IMG/VR virus record: IMGVR_UViG_3300012979_000030
Location: 1-64,000 of that record
Origin: a virus
Taxonomy: Duplodnaviria > Caudoviricetes
Reading direction: 5' to 3' (one strand)
Length of the DNA stretch: 64,000 bases
Below the pieces are notes generated by a model that made no database searches, was not told the origin of the DNA, and saw only the letters and a program-made list of their open reading frames with translations. The position numbers were made by a program, and so were the translations under genes. Of the stretch, positions 47,267 through 57,672 are shown piece after piece (within the stretch, counting starts at the first letter, position 1; each line of letters starts with the position of its first letter).

Positions 47267-48952
47267 TTAATAAACTAATTCATCCATATCATATTCTGGT
47301 TCTTGATTTTTCAAAATTTTATCTTTTCTTGAAATATTTATAGTCATAACTTCTCTATCAATTTTATCAAAATCATTTTCTGATATCTTTCCACTTGTTA
47401 TCATTAGTGGTTTAAATTTATCATAAAATTCATGTGTGTCAAGTGTTTTTTTTGCTTTTGAAATTATCATCCATAAACCTTTTTCTGTAAAGTCAAGAAT
47501 AGGTATAAATTGTTCTGGGTATTCCAATGCATTAATATGCATATATCTATTAACCACGTTTGCTACACCCTTTACATCACCATATGTTTTTAATATATCT
47601 TTGCAGATTGCAACTTTATTTTGTGAATTTTCCATATATGCATATATAATTTTATTAAATTCAATATTTTCTTTTATATCACTATTTTCACTTATTGTTT
47701 TTAACATTTTCATTCCACCATCAATACGGGACAATTCTTCATATGATGATGAAGATGTAATAAAATCCATAAATACAAAACTTTTATATAATGATGGATT
47801 TATATATGGATATAATTTATATAATACATTAACTATATCTGAGTTACTAACTGTTCCACCATCCAATCTTCTTGTATAGACTAATCTTTTTAATGTTAAT
47901 TCAGATGTATTATATTTTGTATCTTCTGTTATTGTATCACCAAATTGAACCATAATTCTATATGGAATATACTTATAACAAATGTTGTTCAACATACTTA
48001 TTTGTTTTTTTGGTTCTGTTTGATTTAATTCATATATTCGTTTACCTAATCTATCATTATTATACATTTTTTGTATAATTTGTTCTAATGGTTTTGGAGA
48101 TTTTAAGAATTTCATCAGAACCTTAGGATTTGATATAACATCTGAATATATTTTATTTAATTTCTCAGTGCTTAATAATTTATTTCTTTCTTGGGCATTA
48201 AACTTAAAAGATGAAAGTTTACTATCATATGAATGCATTTTAACTTGTTCAATAAAATTATCCCTATCCAAACCATTGATTTCTTTTTCATCCAATGTAT
48301 CAATTATCCATTTTACAAATTCCCAAACACGGATATAGAATGATTTGATGACATTTTTATCACCATCATTCAAAAAGCCTCTTGGACCACGCCACTCTAA
48401 TGTTTTATTTCTGTGAACATTTATCAATGAATATTTGTCTGTATTACACATATCAAATATTTTTTTAAAATCATTCATTTCAACTGCATATTTTAAAGTA
48501 TCAAGATAACTTGTATCACTCCAATATGATTCAAAATTATAATCACCAAAAAACTTCAAATTTCTTTTCATTTTATCATCTAATGATAATTTAGACATTA
48601 ACCAAATAACATCATCAGCAGTTATTCCTGGATATGAAATATGATGATGAAATCCACAACTATCATTTACATAATATTCAGAGTCCAATGTTTCATCAAA
48701 AAAGTTAACTATTTTATTAAATGTTGTTATATTCACAGGAAAAACAGGACTTGCATACTCAAATGTTGTATCATCATAATCATCACTATTAATTGATGAA
48801 TCATCATGTAAGTCTCCACCATCACCAAAATATGATTTAAAAAATTCATTAATGGTTGAAATATCTTCTTCACCTTTCCATATGGCTTCTAATTCAAATC
48901 CCATTGTGAATTCTGATACCAATTTTCTTTCTATTAACATTTCACTAAACAT
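47267..48952 (-). CDS. Amidoligase (COOH-NH2 ligase, Amidoligase_2-like) domain protein
   Basis: FTMGFELE, DDSSI, FEYASP, NDSCGFHHHI, KYSLIN, TLEWRGP. Confidence 0.8.
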   Translation of the reverse strand: MFSEMLIERKLVSEFTMGFELEAIWKGEEDISTINEFFKSYFGDGGDLHDDSSINSDDYDDTTFEYASPVFPVNITTFNKIVNFFDETLDSEYYVNDSCGFHHHISYPGITADDVIWLMSKLSLDDKMKRNLKFFGDYNFESYWSDTSYLDTLKYAVEMNDFKKIFDMCNTDKYSLINVHRNKTLEWRGPRGFLNDGDKNVIKSFYIRVWEFVKWIIDTLDEKEINGLDRDNFIEQVKMHSYDSKLSSFKFNAQERNKLLSTEKLNKIYSDVISNPKVLMKFLKSPKPLEQIIQKMYNNDRLGKRIYELNQTEPKKQISMLNNICYKYIPYRIMVQFGDTITEDTKYNTSELTLKRLVYTRRLDGGTVSNSDIVNVLYKLYPYINPSLYKSFVFMDFITSSSSYEELSRIDGGMKMLKTISENSDIKENIEFNKIIYAYMENSQNKVAICKDILKTYGDVKGVANVVNRYMHINALEYPEQFIPILDFTEKGLWMIISKAKKTLDTHEFYDKFKPLMITSGKISENDFDKIDREVMTINISRKDKILKNQEPEYDMDELVY

Positions 48953-48955
48953 TTT

Positions 48956-50710
48956 TTATTTCCTTATATATACACCATATTTTTCTAATTCTGTTATTTG
49001 CTCATCACTCAAAAATTCAACAACTGATGGTTCCCTCTTAATTATATTAAATAAATCTTTTACTGATGGTTTTCCTACATAAAATAAATATAAATCTTCA
49101 CCAACTTTATTAATATTATTCACAATCATAGAATTCCAGGTATTTTTTAAATTTGATTTACCAACGATTGATGTAATATCATTACATTTAACATCATACA
49201 TACCCTTAATTTGTAAATTATGTAAGATTGCCTGTTTTAATAACCAATAATATAATTTTGATTTTAATTCATCAGACATAATATCACCAAGTGTATTTGA
49301 ATTATAGATATAATAATTTATTTGGGTTAAATTTATATCACCAATTTTTAAACACAAATTAAATATTGATTTTTCTATCACTTGCAAATTTAATGGAAAT
49401 TTACATTCAACAAGTGTATTGAGCATTGACATTATCAATTTGTTCATATCTTTGATTTTATAAATTGAATTATATACTATTTCCTTATCAACAACATCTA
49501 AAACATTAGACCTATAGCATTTTTTTAATATATATGGTATATTTTCTGAACAACTCATTGATACAAGTTTATTAATGAATGTTTTAACATCATAATTTTC
49601 TGCATCACCAATAATTTCATAAAATGAATCTTCAACACTTAAAACAAAATTATATTTTTCATTTCCAATAATATTTTTTACCATGTTGTTTTCTTTAATA
49701 ACACATTTATACAATATATCCTTATTTTTATTGCATTTTGATAAAAAGTTTTTTATTGAATTACTAGATAAACCACTCTTTTTATTTGTTTTAAATTTAA
49801 TATCCTTAGAACTATCATATGATTCATCATGTGTCAAAAATTCTAATGTTGGTTTTGATGGTGCTTTTTCAACTGCTTTTTCTAATTCTGCAAAAAACTC
49901 ATCTTTTGGTGTTCCAATACCAACTAATTTATCAGAATCCATATATGTTTTTATTTTTCCAATCAATTTTATGAACAATTTATAAAAATTCTTAATTGAA
50001 TCAGAAACACCATCATTCATAAAATCCCTTGGACCTCTCCATTCCAATGTTCCTTGTGGGTGAATTCTAAATACTCTCCATTTTCTTGTCCCTAAATATG
50101 ATAGTACCTCTACATAATCTCGTTCTCTTAATGCATCACCCAAACCTATAATGGACTCATATGATGCCCATTCATCACTATATAATGAATATCCATCCAT
50201 TTTTCCAAAATCATTCTTTAGTGTTGGTTCAGAGGCCATATTACAGTATATCCATACCATATCACGTTCTGTTAAACCTTTAAAATGTAAATGATGATGA
50301 AACCCACATGTTTTATTTGTATATACACCACTCTCTAATAATTCATATAATGTTTTTATAATAGCATTGAACCATATTGGTTTACATGGAATTATAGGAC
50401 TCGAGTATTCAAATGAAATATCATTATAACTATAATCATCGGTGCTGACAGAAGAATCTTCATGACATCCATCACTACCAATCAAATCACCATCACCATA
50501 GTGTTTTAATCTATTTGTAATATAGTCTTTTATATTATTTAAACGTGCCTCATCTACATCATCTTCATCATATACACCATATTCAATTTCATTATATATT
50601 TCACTGTCTTCTTTGATACATCCTTCTAATTCAAACCCCATTGTGAAATCAGATGTTAATAGTGTTTCATCTAATCTTTCTAATTGCTCTAATAGTTGAT
50701 TTTTAGACAT
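48956..50710 (-). CDS. Amidoligase domain protein, tandem paralog
   Basis: FTMGFELE, EDSSV, FEYSSP, NKTCGFHHHL, TLEWRGP. Confidence 0.8.
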   Translation of the reverse strand: MSKNQLLEQLERLDETLLTSDFTMGFELEGCIKEDSEIYNEIEYGVYDEDDVDEARLNNIKDYITNRLKHYGDGDLIGSDGCHEDSSVSTDDYSYNDISFEYSSPIIPCKPIWFNAIIKTLYELLESGVYTNKTCGFHHHLHFKGLTERDMVWIYCNMASEPTLKNDFGKMDGYSLYSDEWASYESIIGLGDALRERDYVEVLSYLGTRKWRVFRIHPQGTLEWRGPRDFMNDGVSDSIKNFYKLFIKLIGKIKTYMDSDKLVGIGTPKDEFFAELEKAVEKAPSKPTLEFLTHDESYDSSKDIKFKTNKKSGLSSNSIKNFLSKCNKNKDILYKCVIKENNMVKNIIGNEKYNFVLSVEDSFYEIIGDAENYDVKTFINKLVSMSCSENIPYILKKCYRSNVLDVVDKEIVYNSIYKIKDMNKLIMSMLNTLVECKFPLNLQVIEKSIFNLCLKIGDINLTQINYYIYNSNTLGDIMSDELKSKLYYWLLKQAILHNLQIKGMYDVKCNDITSIVGKSNLKNTWNSMIVNNINKVGEDLYLFYVGKPSVKDLFNIIKREPSVVEFLSDEQITELEKYGVYIRK

Positions 50711-50716
50711 ATAATT

Positions 50717-50753
50717 ATCCCCATAAATATTGTATAATAGTATTTATGGGGAT
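50717..50753. terminator. 13-bp inverted repeat between clamp loader and amidoligase genes
   Basis: ATCCCCATAAATA ... TATTTATGGGGAT; each strand carries ATAAATA. Confidence 0.55.
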
Positions 50754-50764
50754 TTATTCTTATA

Positions 50765-51691
50765 TTATTTGTTTAGAATGTTTTTAATTTCCACTAAACA
50801 CGCCATCAAATTCAAATCTTTAAATGCAACTGTTGGATGTTTATAAAGATATTCAGCAACCTTAACAATTATTTGTTCCCATTTATTTCTATCAACAGTA
50901 AATACATCTAATTTGTTATATATTATTTTATATATGTTCTCAATCTCATCCTCATTGAAACTTGTAGCAATAAGTTTTTGAACATCATTACAATGCTTTC
51001 TATTATGAACAAAATCTAAAATAGGTAGTAGTTTATCTAAGTTAGAAACTTCATATTCTTTTTTAAATTTACTTAATTCACCATTAATAACATTCTTATT
51101 AATATCATTAATACATTTTCGCAAATCAGGATATGATAACTTAATATATTCAACAACATCTTCCATAGAATATTTAATATTCTCTTTTGTAAGAATATTC
51201 ACAATTCTTGTTACAAATTGTTGTTGGTCAAGTTTTTGGAAACTATATGATTCACATCTTGAAAGAATTGCAGGTGTAACCTTATTAACATTATTAGTTG
51301 TGAAAATGAATCTACACCATAATGAATACTTTTCCAATACATACTTTAATGAATCTTGTGCTTGTGCTGATAATCTTTCAAATTCTTCAATAATAACAAC
51401 CTTAATTTTATCATCTAATGATGGAACAGAAGCATATTCAATGATTCTTCTAGTATCATCAATACCTGTTTTATCAGAACCATTGATAGTAATGTAGTCG
51501 CTGATGTTTAATTCATTTAGAATAACATTAATTGAAGATGATTTACCTGTTCCCGGAATCCCATATAATAAAATATGAGAATCAAATGAACCTTTTTCCT
51601 TCCATTGTTTTAACTTATCACCAAACTCTTTATTGGTAATAACTAAATCTTCAATTGTTTTTGGTCTATATTTTTCTGTCAATAATTCCAT
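50765..51691 (-). CDS. Sliding-clamp loader AAA+ subunit (RFC small subunit / T4 gp44-like)
   Basis: EKYRPKT, YGIPGTGKS, IIEEFERL, AQDSL, ILSRC, PDLRKCIN. Confidence 0.92.
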   Translation of the reverse strand: MELLTEKYRPKTIEDLVITNKEFGDKLKQWKEKGSFDSHILLYGIPGTGKSSSINVILNELNISDYITINGSDKTGIDDTRRIIEYASVPSLDDKIKVVIIEEFERLSAQAQDSLKYVLEKYSLWCRFIFTTNNVNKVTPAILSRCESYSFQKLDQQQFVTRIVNILTKENIKYSMEDVVEYIKLSYPDLRKCINDINKNVINGELSKFKKEYEVSNLDKLLPILDFVHNRKHCNDVQKLIATSFNEDEIENIYKIIYNKLDVFTVDRNKWEQIIVKVAEYLYKHPTVAFKDLNLMACLVEIKNILNK

Positions 51692-51701
51692 AATATTTTC
51701 C

Positions 51702-51917
51702 TTATAAAACTTCATCTAATGATTGGCATTTAATACCCTTTGGGCAATTTTTAGCAATATAATCACAACCTTTTTCATTTGTAATAATAAAAACCGAACC
51801 ATTTTTATATGGATATACATTGCTAATTGTTTTAGCATAATTAACTGCTTTTTTAGAAAAAAATGCTTTGATTGAACCAAAATTTGTTTTTTCAAATGTG
51901 ATGTTGTATGTTGCCAT
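51702..51917 (-). CDS. Hypothetical protein
   Basis: 71 aa, AAGGA RBS, downstream of a sigma70-like promoter. Confidence 0.55.
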   Translation of the reverse strand: MATYNITFEKTNFGSIKAFFSKKAVNYAKTISNVYPYKNGSVFIITNEKGCDYIAKNCPKGIKCQSLDEVL

Positions 51918-51944
51918 ATATTGTTCCTTTCTCTTGATATATTC

Positions 51945-51973
51945 TTTATATCATTTTTTGAAACCAATGTCAA
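51945..51973 (-). promoter_or_regulatory. sigma70-like promoter
   Basis: TTGACA-17 nt-TATAAA. Confidence 0.65.
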
Positions 51974-51976
51974 GCA

Positions 51977-52900
51977 CTATTTTAACCCTTTAAACAAATA
52001 TTTAATAACATTGGCATTCCATCCATTACCACAAGCATTATATCGGTTTCCATCACTAATGTCAATGGTTTTTCCATCTTTCAACCCATATTTGGTGTAA
52101 TTATCGGGTAATGACTGACACCGTTCATATTCTATTGGTAACATTTTTCTGTTTCTATCACCTTGTCTAACTTTTTTATGAGTATAACCCCCATTAACAC
52201 AAGTTAATGTATAACATTTACTATTTAAATTACTGACTCTTTTACCCATTTTAAAACAATTAATTTTTAATGTACAGATTGGGTTGGCATCTTCACCATG
52301 ATATTCATAATCATACTTATACCAATATTTGTTTGGAACATTTTCTTCTGGTTCAACAATATCCTTTAACAATTCTGTTGATTTTTCAATTGGTTGTCCA
52401 TCATTGGGAATATTTGTCCAAAACAATCTCTTTCTTCTTTGTGCCGAAAAATCAGCAGCATCTAACATTATTGGTTCAACACCCATGAGTTCAGTAATAA
52501 TGGTTTTATCAGATTCGGGCATACCATAATTGTTTTCTAATAAGAACTTAATATTAGGATTAACAGATTTTAAATGATTTAAGATTTCAACATATCTATA
52601 AAACAATCCAGATTTAGAACCCTTTAAACCTTCTCTTTCATTTTGTTGACCAACTCTAATAATAGAAAGGTCTGTACAAGGACTTCCACCAATTAATAAA
52701 TCAATTGATTTCCAATCAATATCCCAATCTCTCCAATTATTAACATCACCTAATTGAATTGTATTTGGATAATTATATTGTGTAATAACAATAGCTGATT
52801 CTTCAATCTCACTTGCATAATATGTTTCAACAGTTATGCCTAACTGATTTAAGCATAATTGTCCTGTTGAAATCCCATCAAATAAACTTAATACTTTCAT
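51977..52900 (-). CDS. C5-cytosine DNA methyltransferase (DNMT3-like motifs)
   Basis: VLSLFDGISTG, ASEI, IGGSPC, FLLEN, SAQRRKRLFWTN, GNGW. Confidence 0.92.
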   Translation of the reverse strand: MKVLSLFDGISTGQLCLNQLGITVETYYASEIEESAIVITQYNYPNTIQLGDVNNWRDWDIDWKSIDLLIGGSPCTDLSIIRVGQQNEREGLKGSKSGLFYRYVEILNHLKSVNPNIKFLLENNYGMPESDKTIITELMGVEPIMLDAADFSAQRRKRLFWTNIPNDGQPIEKSTELLKDIVEPEENVPNKYWYKYDYEYHGEDANPICTLKINCFKMGKRVSNLNSKCYTLTCVNGGYTHKKVRQGDRNRKMLPIEYERCQSLPDNYTKYGLKDGKTIDISDGNRYNACGNGWNANVIKYLFKGLK

Positions 52901-54864
52901 TTTAATCCCTCAAAAATAAACTTAATAACCTCTGCTGTCCAACCATTACCAACACATTTAACTCTCTGTGTGTAACTAATTTCTTGTTTCTCACCATTTA
53001 AGATTCCATATTTAGTATAATTATCAGGTAATGTTTGTAATCTTTCTGATTCCAATGCTGTTGGTTTATAGAATTGTCCATCAGGATATTTAATATTAGT
53101 TGCACCAGAGTTAGCAATAGATTGAGAACATGTTAATGTTTTAGATTTTTGTTCCAATGTTTTAACAGAACCCCATGCTTTCTTAAATGATAATGTTCCC
53201 TCTTTTTTAGCATACATTTTATCTGTAATGTTAAACTCTACCTTATCTTCAATTGGTTCAACAATATCTTTTAATGTCAGATTCTTATCTTCTAACTCAC
53301 CACTAATTTCAATATTTGTCCAATACAATCTTTTTCTTCTTTGTGCTGAAACAATTGCTGAATCAATGAGAATTGGTTTTACACCTAATAAATCATTAAA
53401 TGTTTGTTCCCATTCTTTTTTCATAACAACATTTTCTAATAAGAACTTAACATTTGGATTAACAGATTTAATATGGTTTAAAATTTCCAAATATCTATAA
53501 AACAATCCTGATTCAGAACCTTCTAAACCTGTTCCATTCCCAGCATTACTTAAGTTTTGACAATTATGCACAACAACTCCATTGGCAGTATATGAATTAT
53601 CTTCTTCTACTTCCATATTATAAACAATTGTTTGTTTTTCTTCTGTTGTTATTGAAGTAATCTGTGACCATGAATAACTCATATCTTTGTCAAAAAACGA
53701 CCTATCTTGTGGATGGGTATGTGTTTTAAATCTAATTTGATATGTATTATGTTGATTTACTTCTCTACCTTCAATAATATATTTGGATGGTCTAATAGTA
53801 TATGTCATCCCAACAGGCACATTATACACTTCAGTAATTAATAACTTTAACTCATAGGCTAATTGCTTACTTATTGTTGTTATACTACAAAGACCATTTC
53901 TATTTTTTGGGTATGAACCATCAGCACTAATATATCCATCTAATAATGCTTTCTTTTTGTTTAATGGTAACCCCCATACATCTGGGTGAATACATTTATT
54001 AATAGCACCAATCCCACATTTAGAAAGATAATCAAGTAATTCCATGGAACAAATTCTAAATTTATATGTTGTTCTTTCTTCTAAATAATTATAATTATAT
54101 CCAAGGTTATCCATTATCTGTTTAATTTCATTAAATTCAGATTTACCACAACATAATATCACTTTATACATATGACTATTTTTTCTATTTTTTCTTTTTG
54201 TTTTTTGAATCCAACCATCTCCAATAAATCTTCCAACAAAATACCAAAAATCTTCACTATGGGTATCAGTATCAATGCCCAGATTTGTATTATAAGTAAC
54301 TCCTAAATAGTGTTTCGTTTTATCCAAATCTTTTGCTTCCACCCATTGTGGTTCTTTATAATAACGAACTTTGGATTTTTTCTTCCATCCTTCTTTTGTT
54401 TTCATACCTTTGTCTTCATATTGGTAATATTTTTCTCTAGCATAGAATGGATGATTTGATGTTGTCGTAATATTATCAAAACCCATCCCTTTGATATTAT
54501 ACACATTATCAACCAATTTACCACCAACATTCAATACTTTTCTGTATCTACTATTATGTGTTAATACCATATCACCAACTTTTATTTCTTCAATTGGTTT
54601 CATACCCTTATCCGTCATTACTAATGTACCAGCAACAAAACATGGACTCCCCCCAATAATCAAATCAATTGATGACCAATCAATATCCCAATCTTTCCAA
54701 TTATTAACATCACCCAACTGAATTGTATTTGGATAGTTATATTGAGTAATTGCAATAGCATACTTATCAATTTCTGATGCATAATATGTTTCTACATCAA
54801 TTTCCAATTCTTTAAGACAATACTGTCCTGTTGAAATACCATCAAATAAACTAATTACTTTCAT
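52897..54864 (-). CDS. C5-cytosine DNA methyltransferase containing an intein
   Basis: Paralog of 51977-52900, interrupted at GGSP|CFVAGT...VVHN|CQNLS. Confidence 0.92.
   Translation of the reverse strand: MKVISLFDGISTGQYCLKELEIDVETYYASEIDKYAIAITQYNYPNTIQLGDVNNWKDWDIDWSSIDLIIGGSPCFVAGTLVMTDKGMKPIEEIKVGDMVLTHNSRYRKVLNVGGKLVDNVYNIKGMGFDNITTTSNHPFYAREKYYQYEDKGMKTKEGWKKKSKVRYYKEPQWVEAKDLDKTKHYLGVTYNTNLGIDTDTHSEDFWYFVGRFIGDGWIQKTKRKNRKNSHMYKVILCCGKSEFNEIKQIMDNLGYNYNYLEERTTYKFRICSMELLDYLSKCGIGAINKCIHPDVWGLPLNKKKALLDGYISADGSYPKNRNGLCSITTISKQLAYELKLLITEVYNVPVGMTYTIRPSKYIIEGREVNQHNTYQIRFKTHTHPQDRSFFDKDMSYSWSQITSITTEEKQTIVYNMEVEEDNSYTANGVVVHNCQNLSNAGNGTGLEGSESGLFYRYLEILNHIKSVNPNVKFLLENVVMKKEWEQTFNDLLGVKPILIDSAIVSAQRRKRLYWTNIEISGELEDKNLTLKDIVEPIEDKVEFNITDKMYAKKEGTLSFKKAWGSVKTLEQKSKTLTCSQSIANSGATNIKYPDGQFYKPTALESERLQTLPDNYTKYGILNGEKQEISYTQRVKCVGNGWTAEVIKFIFEGLK
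53563..54642 (-). mobile_element. Intein (360 aa) with LAGLIDADG homing endonuclease
   Basis: Block A CFVAGTLV, block B TSNHPF, VGRFIGDG and LDGYISADG LAGLIDADG motifs, VYNMEVE..NSYTANGVVVHN followed by Cys+1. Confidence 0.93.
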
Positions 54865-54894
54865 TTATACTCCTAACCAACTTTTGTTATATTT

Positions 54895-56001
54895 TTAACC
54901 AAATAAGTTTTTAAAAATTGCTTCTAACACATTTACAACTATTGAATTACCTGCTTGTTTATATTTTTGACAATTGGACATATTTTTAACTTTATCTATT
55001 TGTTCATCTTTCCAACCCATCAATCTCCAACACTCTTTTGGTGTTAATTTTCTAATTCTCAATGGGTTATTAGATACAACAGTTTTTAATAAATGTGGTG
55101 TTGATGCATGAGTTCCAGCAGCTATTGTTCTGCATATACCATCTTGATGTTGAATTAAATCTTGTTGATGTTTAGCATTAGATGATACTTCAATTATTTT
55201 ATTTGTTTGTGGTTCAGCAATAGCACACACAGCACCATGATTTTCCTTAATAGTTGGTGCAATACCATTTATATCCATAACTCTACCGCATTCGTGTCCA
55301 GATGGTTTATAATTACCCAATACTTTTATTCTTGGTTCTAATATTTTTTCTTTAATATTTTTTTCAACATCTTTCATAATTGGTTTCATTTTTTCATTAT
55401 TTAAATAATATCTTTCATCAACTGATTCTTCTAAAATGTCTTTCAATCTTAATGTTAGTTCTTGTGGTTCAGGAAATACATATGGTTTATGATCTCCTAA
55501 AATAGATACACAAAATACTCTTTCTCTATTTTGTGGAATACCAAAATCTTTTGAATTAAGAACTTTCCAATAATTTGTATATCCCATTTCTTCTAACACT
55601 TTTAACCATTCTTCAAAAGATGGTAAGAATTTTTTACCAACAAGATTTTTTACATTCTCCATTAAAAGATACTTTGGTTTAACTTTTCTAAAAATCTTTT
55701 CACATTCCCATAATAAAGAACTTCTTGAACCAGAATCTTTTTCTAATCCTTTTTGAAGACCAGACAAAGAAATATCTTGGCAGGGGAATGAATAAGTAAT
55801 TAAATCCCATTGATTTTCATATAAATCATCTTCATTAATTTGACTTATATCACCAAGATTTTCTGTATCTCCATGCAATTGGTTATAAACATTTATTGCA
55901 TACTTATCAATATCACATTGTGTAGATGTATGCTCTATACCAATATTTTTTAATGCTTGTGTTTGAGAACCAATCCCACTAAATAGTTCTAATACTTTCA
56001 T
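54895..56001 (-). CDS. C5-cytosine DNA methyltransferase (Dcm/HhaI-like)
   Basis: ELFSGIG, SFPCQD, MENV, PQNRERVF, RKLTPKEC.RLMG, QAGNS. Confidence 0.93.
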   Translation of the reverse strand: MKVLELFSGIGSQTQALKNIGIEHTSTQCDIDKYAINVYNQLHGDTENLGDISQINEDDLYENQWDLITYSFPCQDISLSGLQKGLEKDSGSRSSLLWECEKIFRKVKPKYLLMENVKNLVGKKFLPSFEEWLKVLEEMGYTNYWKVLNSKDFGIPQNRERVFCVSILGDHKPYVFPEPQELTLRLKDILEESVDERYYLNNEKMKPIMKDVEKNIKEKILEPRIKVLGNYKPSGHECGRVMDINGIAPTIKENHGAVCAIAEPQTNKIIEVSSNAKHQQDLIQHQDGICRTIAAGTHASTPHLLKTVVSNNPLRIRKLTPKECWRLMGWKDEQIDKVKNMSNCQKYKQAGNSIVVNVLEAIFKNLFG

Positions 56002-56066
56002 TTATACATACTCCATATCTTATACCACAATATTACTATATAATCCTCATAATATCAAGTATAATT

Positions 56067-56870
56067 TTAATAATTACAAATAAAAACTTCTACTGATTCT
56101 TCCACATTACTTTGTTTTTTTGCTTTATTATTAAAGGTTTCAATTCTATGCCAATTGAAATTCATAAGTTTTTTCAAATACTCATTAGCAACACCCTTAT
56201 GAATTGCCATATTAGATAATCCAAATTTTACACCATTTTTATCTAAATCCAAAATAAAGTTATAAAGTTTTTCTTCTAATTCTTTACTCCAATAACAATT
56301 ATATCCTGCTTCTGTAATAAGATATGGTGGATCAAGATATACAAAAGCATTATTTGGTATATACACAGTATTAAAACTTTGATTAGTGAACAATAATGAA
56401 TCAAATGTTTTCATTCTTTCTTGGTATAATCTAAGTTTTTCAACAGTATTATCATTGATACATCTTTTACCAAAAGTTTGATTAAACTTAAATTGTTTAT
56501 TAAATCTCATCATATTATTAGTACAAGATGAACACAATACAAAGAATTTATAAGGGTCAGGATTTTCATTATATTCTGCTCTTAACTTATTATAACCATC
56601 TTGGTCATCCTTTGATACAGAATATTCTTTACACTTTTCAAGGATTTCATCTAATGATTTAGTGTTCAATTCTTTATAAAATCCCATTAAATCTGTAATA
56701 ATATCATTAGCAATTATATGTTTAAATGATGAGTTCATAAAAACACTTCCACCACCACAAAATAAATCAACCAATGTATCACAATCTTTTGGGAAATGTG
56801 AATACAATTCTTCTAATTCAGGATACTTTGTTCCAGTATAATTAAATGGTGATTTAATATAATTATTCAT
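56067..56870 (-). CDS. Dam-like (D12/alpha class) adenine methyltransferase
   Basis: SPFNYTG.K, DLFCGGGSV, MRFN...FN..FG, YLDPPY. Confidence 0.9.
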   Translation of the reverse strand: MNNYIKSPFNYTGTKYPELEELYSHFPKDCDTLVDLFCGGGSVFMNSSFKHIIANDIITDLMGFYKELNTKSLDEILEKCKEYSVSKDDQDGYNKLRAEYNENPDPYKFFVLCSSCTNNMMRFNKQFKFNQTFGKRCINDNTVEKLRLYQERMKTFDSLLFTNQSFNTVYIPNNAFVYLDPPYLITEAGYNCYWSKELEEKLYNFILDLDKNGVKFGLSNMAIHKGVANEYLKKLMNFNWHRIETFNNKAKKQSNVEESVEVFICNY

Positions 56871-57672
56871 TTATTCTATCCTCTGCTATGTTAAAATAAT
56901 TTGTATCTAATTCAATACCTATGAAATTTCTATTTAATTTTTTGCATGCTACACCTGTTGTTCCTGAACCCATTGTGAAATCCAATACAGTATCTCCCTC
57001 GTTAGTATAAGTTTTAATGAGATATTCCATAAGAGCTATAGGTTTTTGTGTTGGGTGTAGATTTGTATTGATTTCTTTGTTAATTTTTAAAACAGATTTA
57101 GGATAACGATAACCATCATCTGCATTTCTAATTCGCTTTAAATCTATTCCAATCAATTCTTTGTTTGTGGTAGGATTGTTAATAGTTTTTCTTCTATCAA
57201 CCTTACCATATCTATCATAATCTTTAGTTTCAAATACTTCTTTTAATTGTTTTTTATCCATATTTTCTATTTCAGAAAATTCCAAAACTTTATATTTTTG
57301 TGGATTATATTTATGAGTACCATTTGAAAAGACTGATATTAACTCGTGATATTTAAGAGGAGCATTTTTTGCACCCATAAAATTAGCTGCCTTTTGTTTT
57401 TCCCAAACCCAATCATACTTGAAATTCTTAATATTAGAACATCTTAATATACTACTAAATGGTTCACTACCAAACAAACAAATAACACCATTGTCTTTAA
57501 TTAGTTTATTACAACAATCCCACATCTCATCAAAAGGAATAACACTATCCCACTTACAAGCAGTTGTTCCATATGGTGGGTCAGTAATTATGGCATCAAC
57601 TTTTGTCCCACATTTAATTAGTTGTTCCATAATTTCTAAACAATCTCCGTTATATAAACTAATTTGACTCAT
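56863..57672 (-). CDS. Beta-class N6A/N4C DNA methyltransferase
   Basis: TDPPYG, HPTQKP, VLDFTMGSGTT. Confidence 0.92.
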   Translation of the reverse strand: MSQISLYNGDCLEIMEQLIKCGTKVDAIITDPPYGTTACKWDSVIPFDEMWDCCNKLIKDNGVICLFGSEPFSSILRCSNIKNFKYDWVWEKQKAANFMGAKNAPLKYHELISVFSNGTHKYNPQKYKVLEFSEIENMDKKQLKEVFETKDYDRYGKVDRRKTINNPTTNKELIGIDLKRIRNADDGYRYPKSVLKINKEINTNLHPTQKPIALMEYLIKTYTNEGDTVLDFTMGSGTTGVACKKLNRNFIGIELDTNYFNIAEDRINE

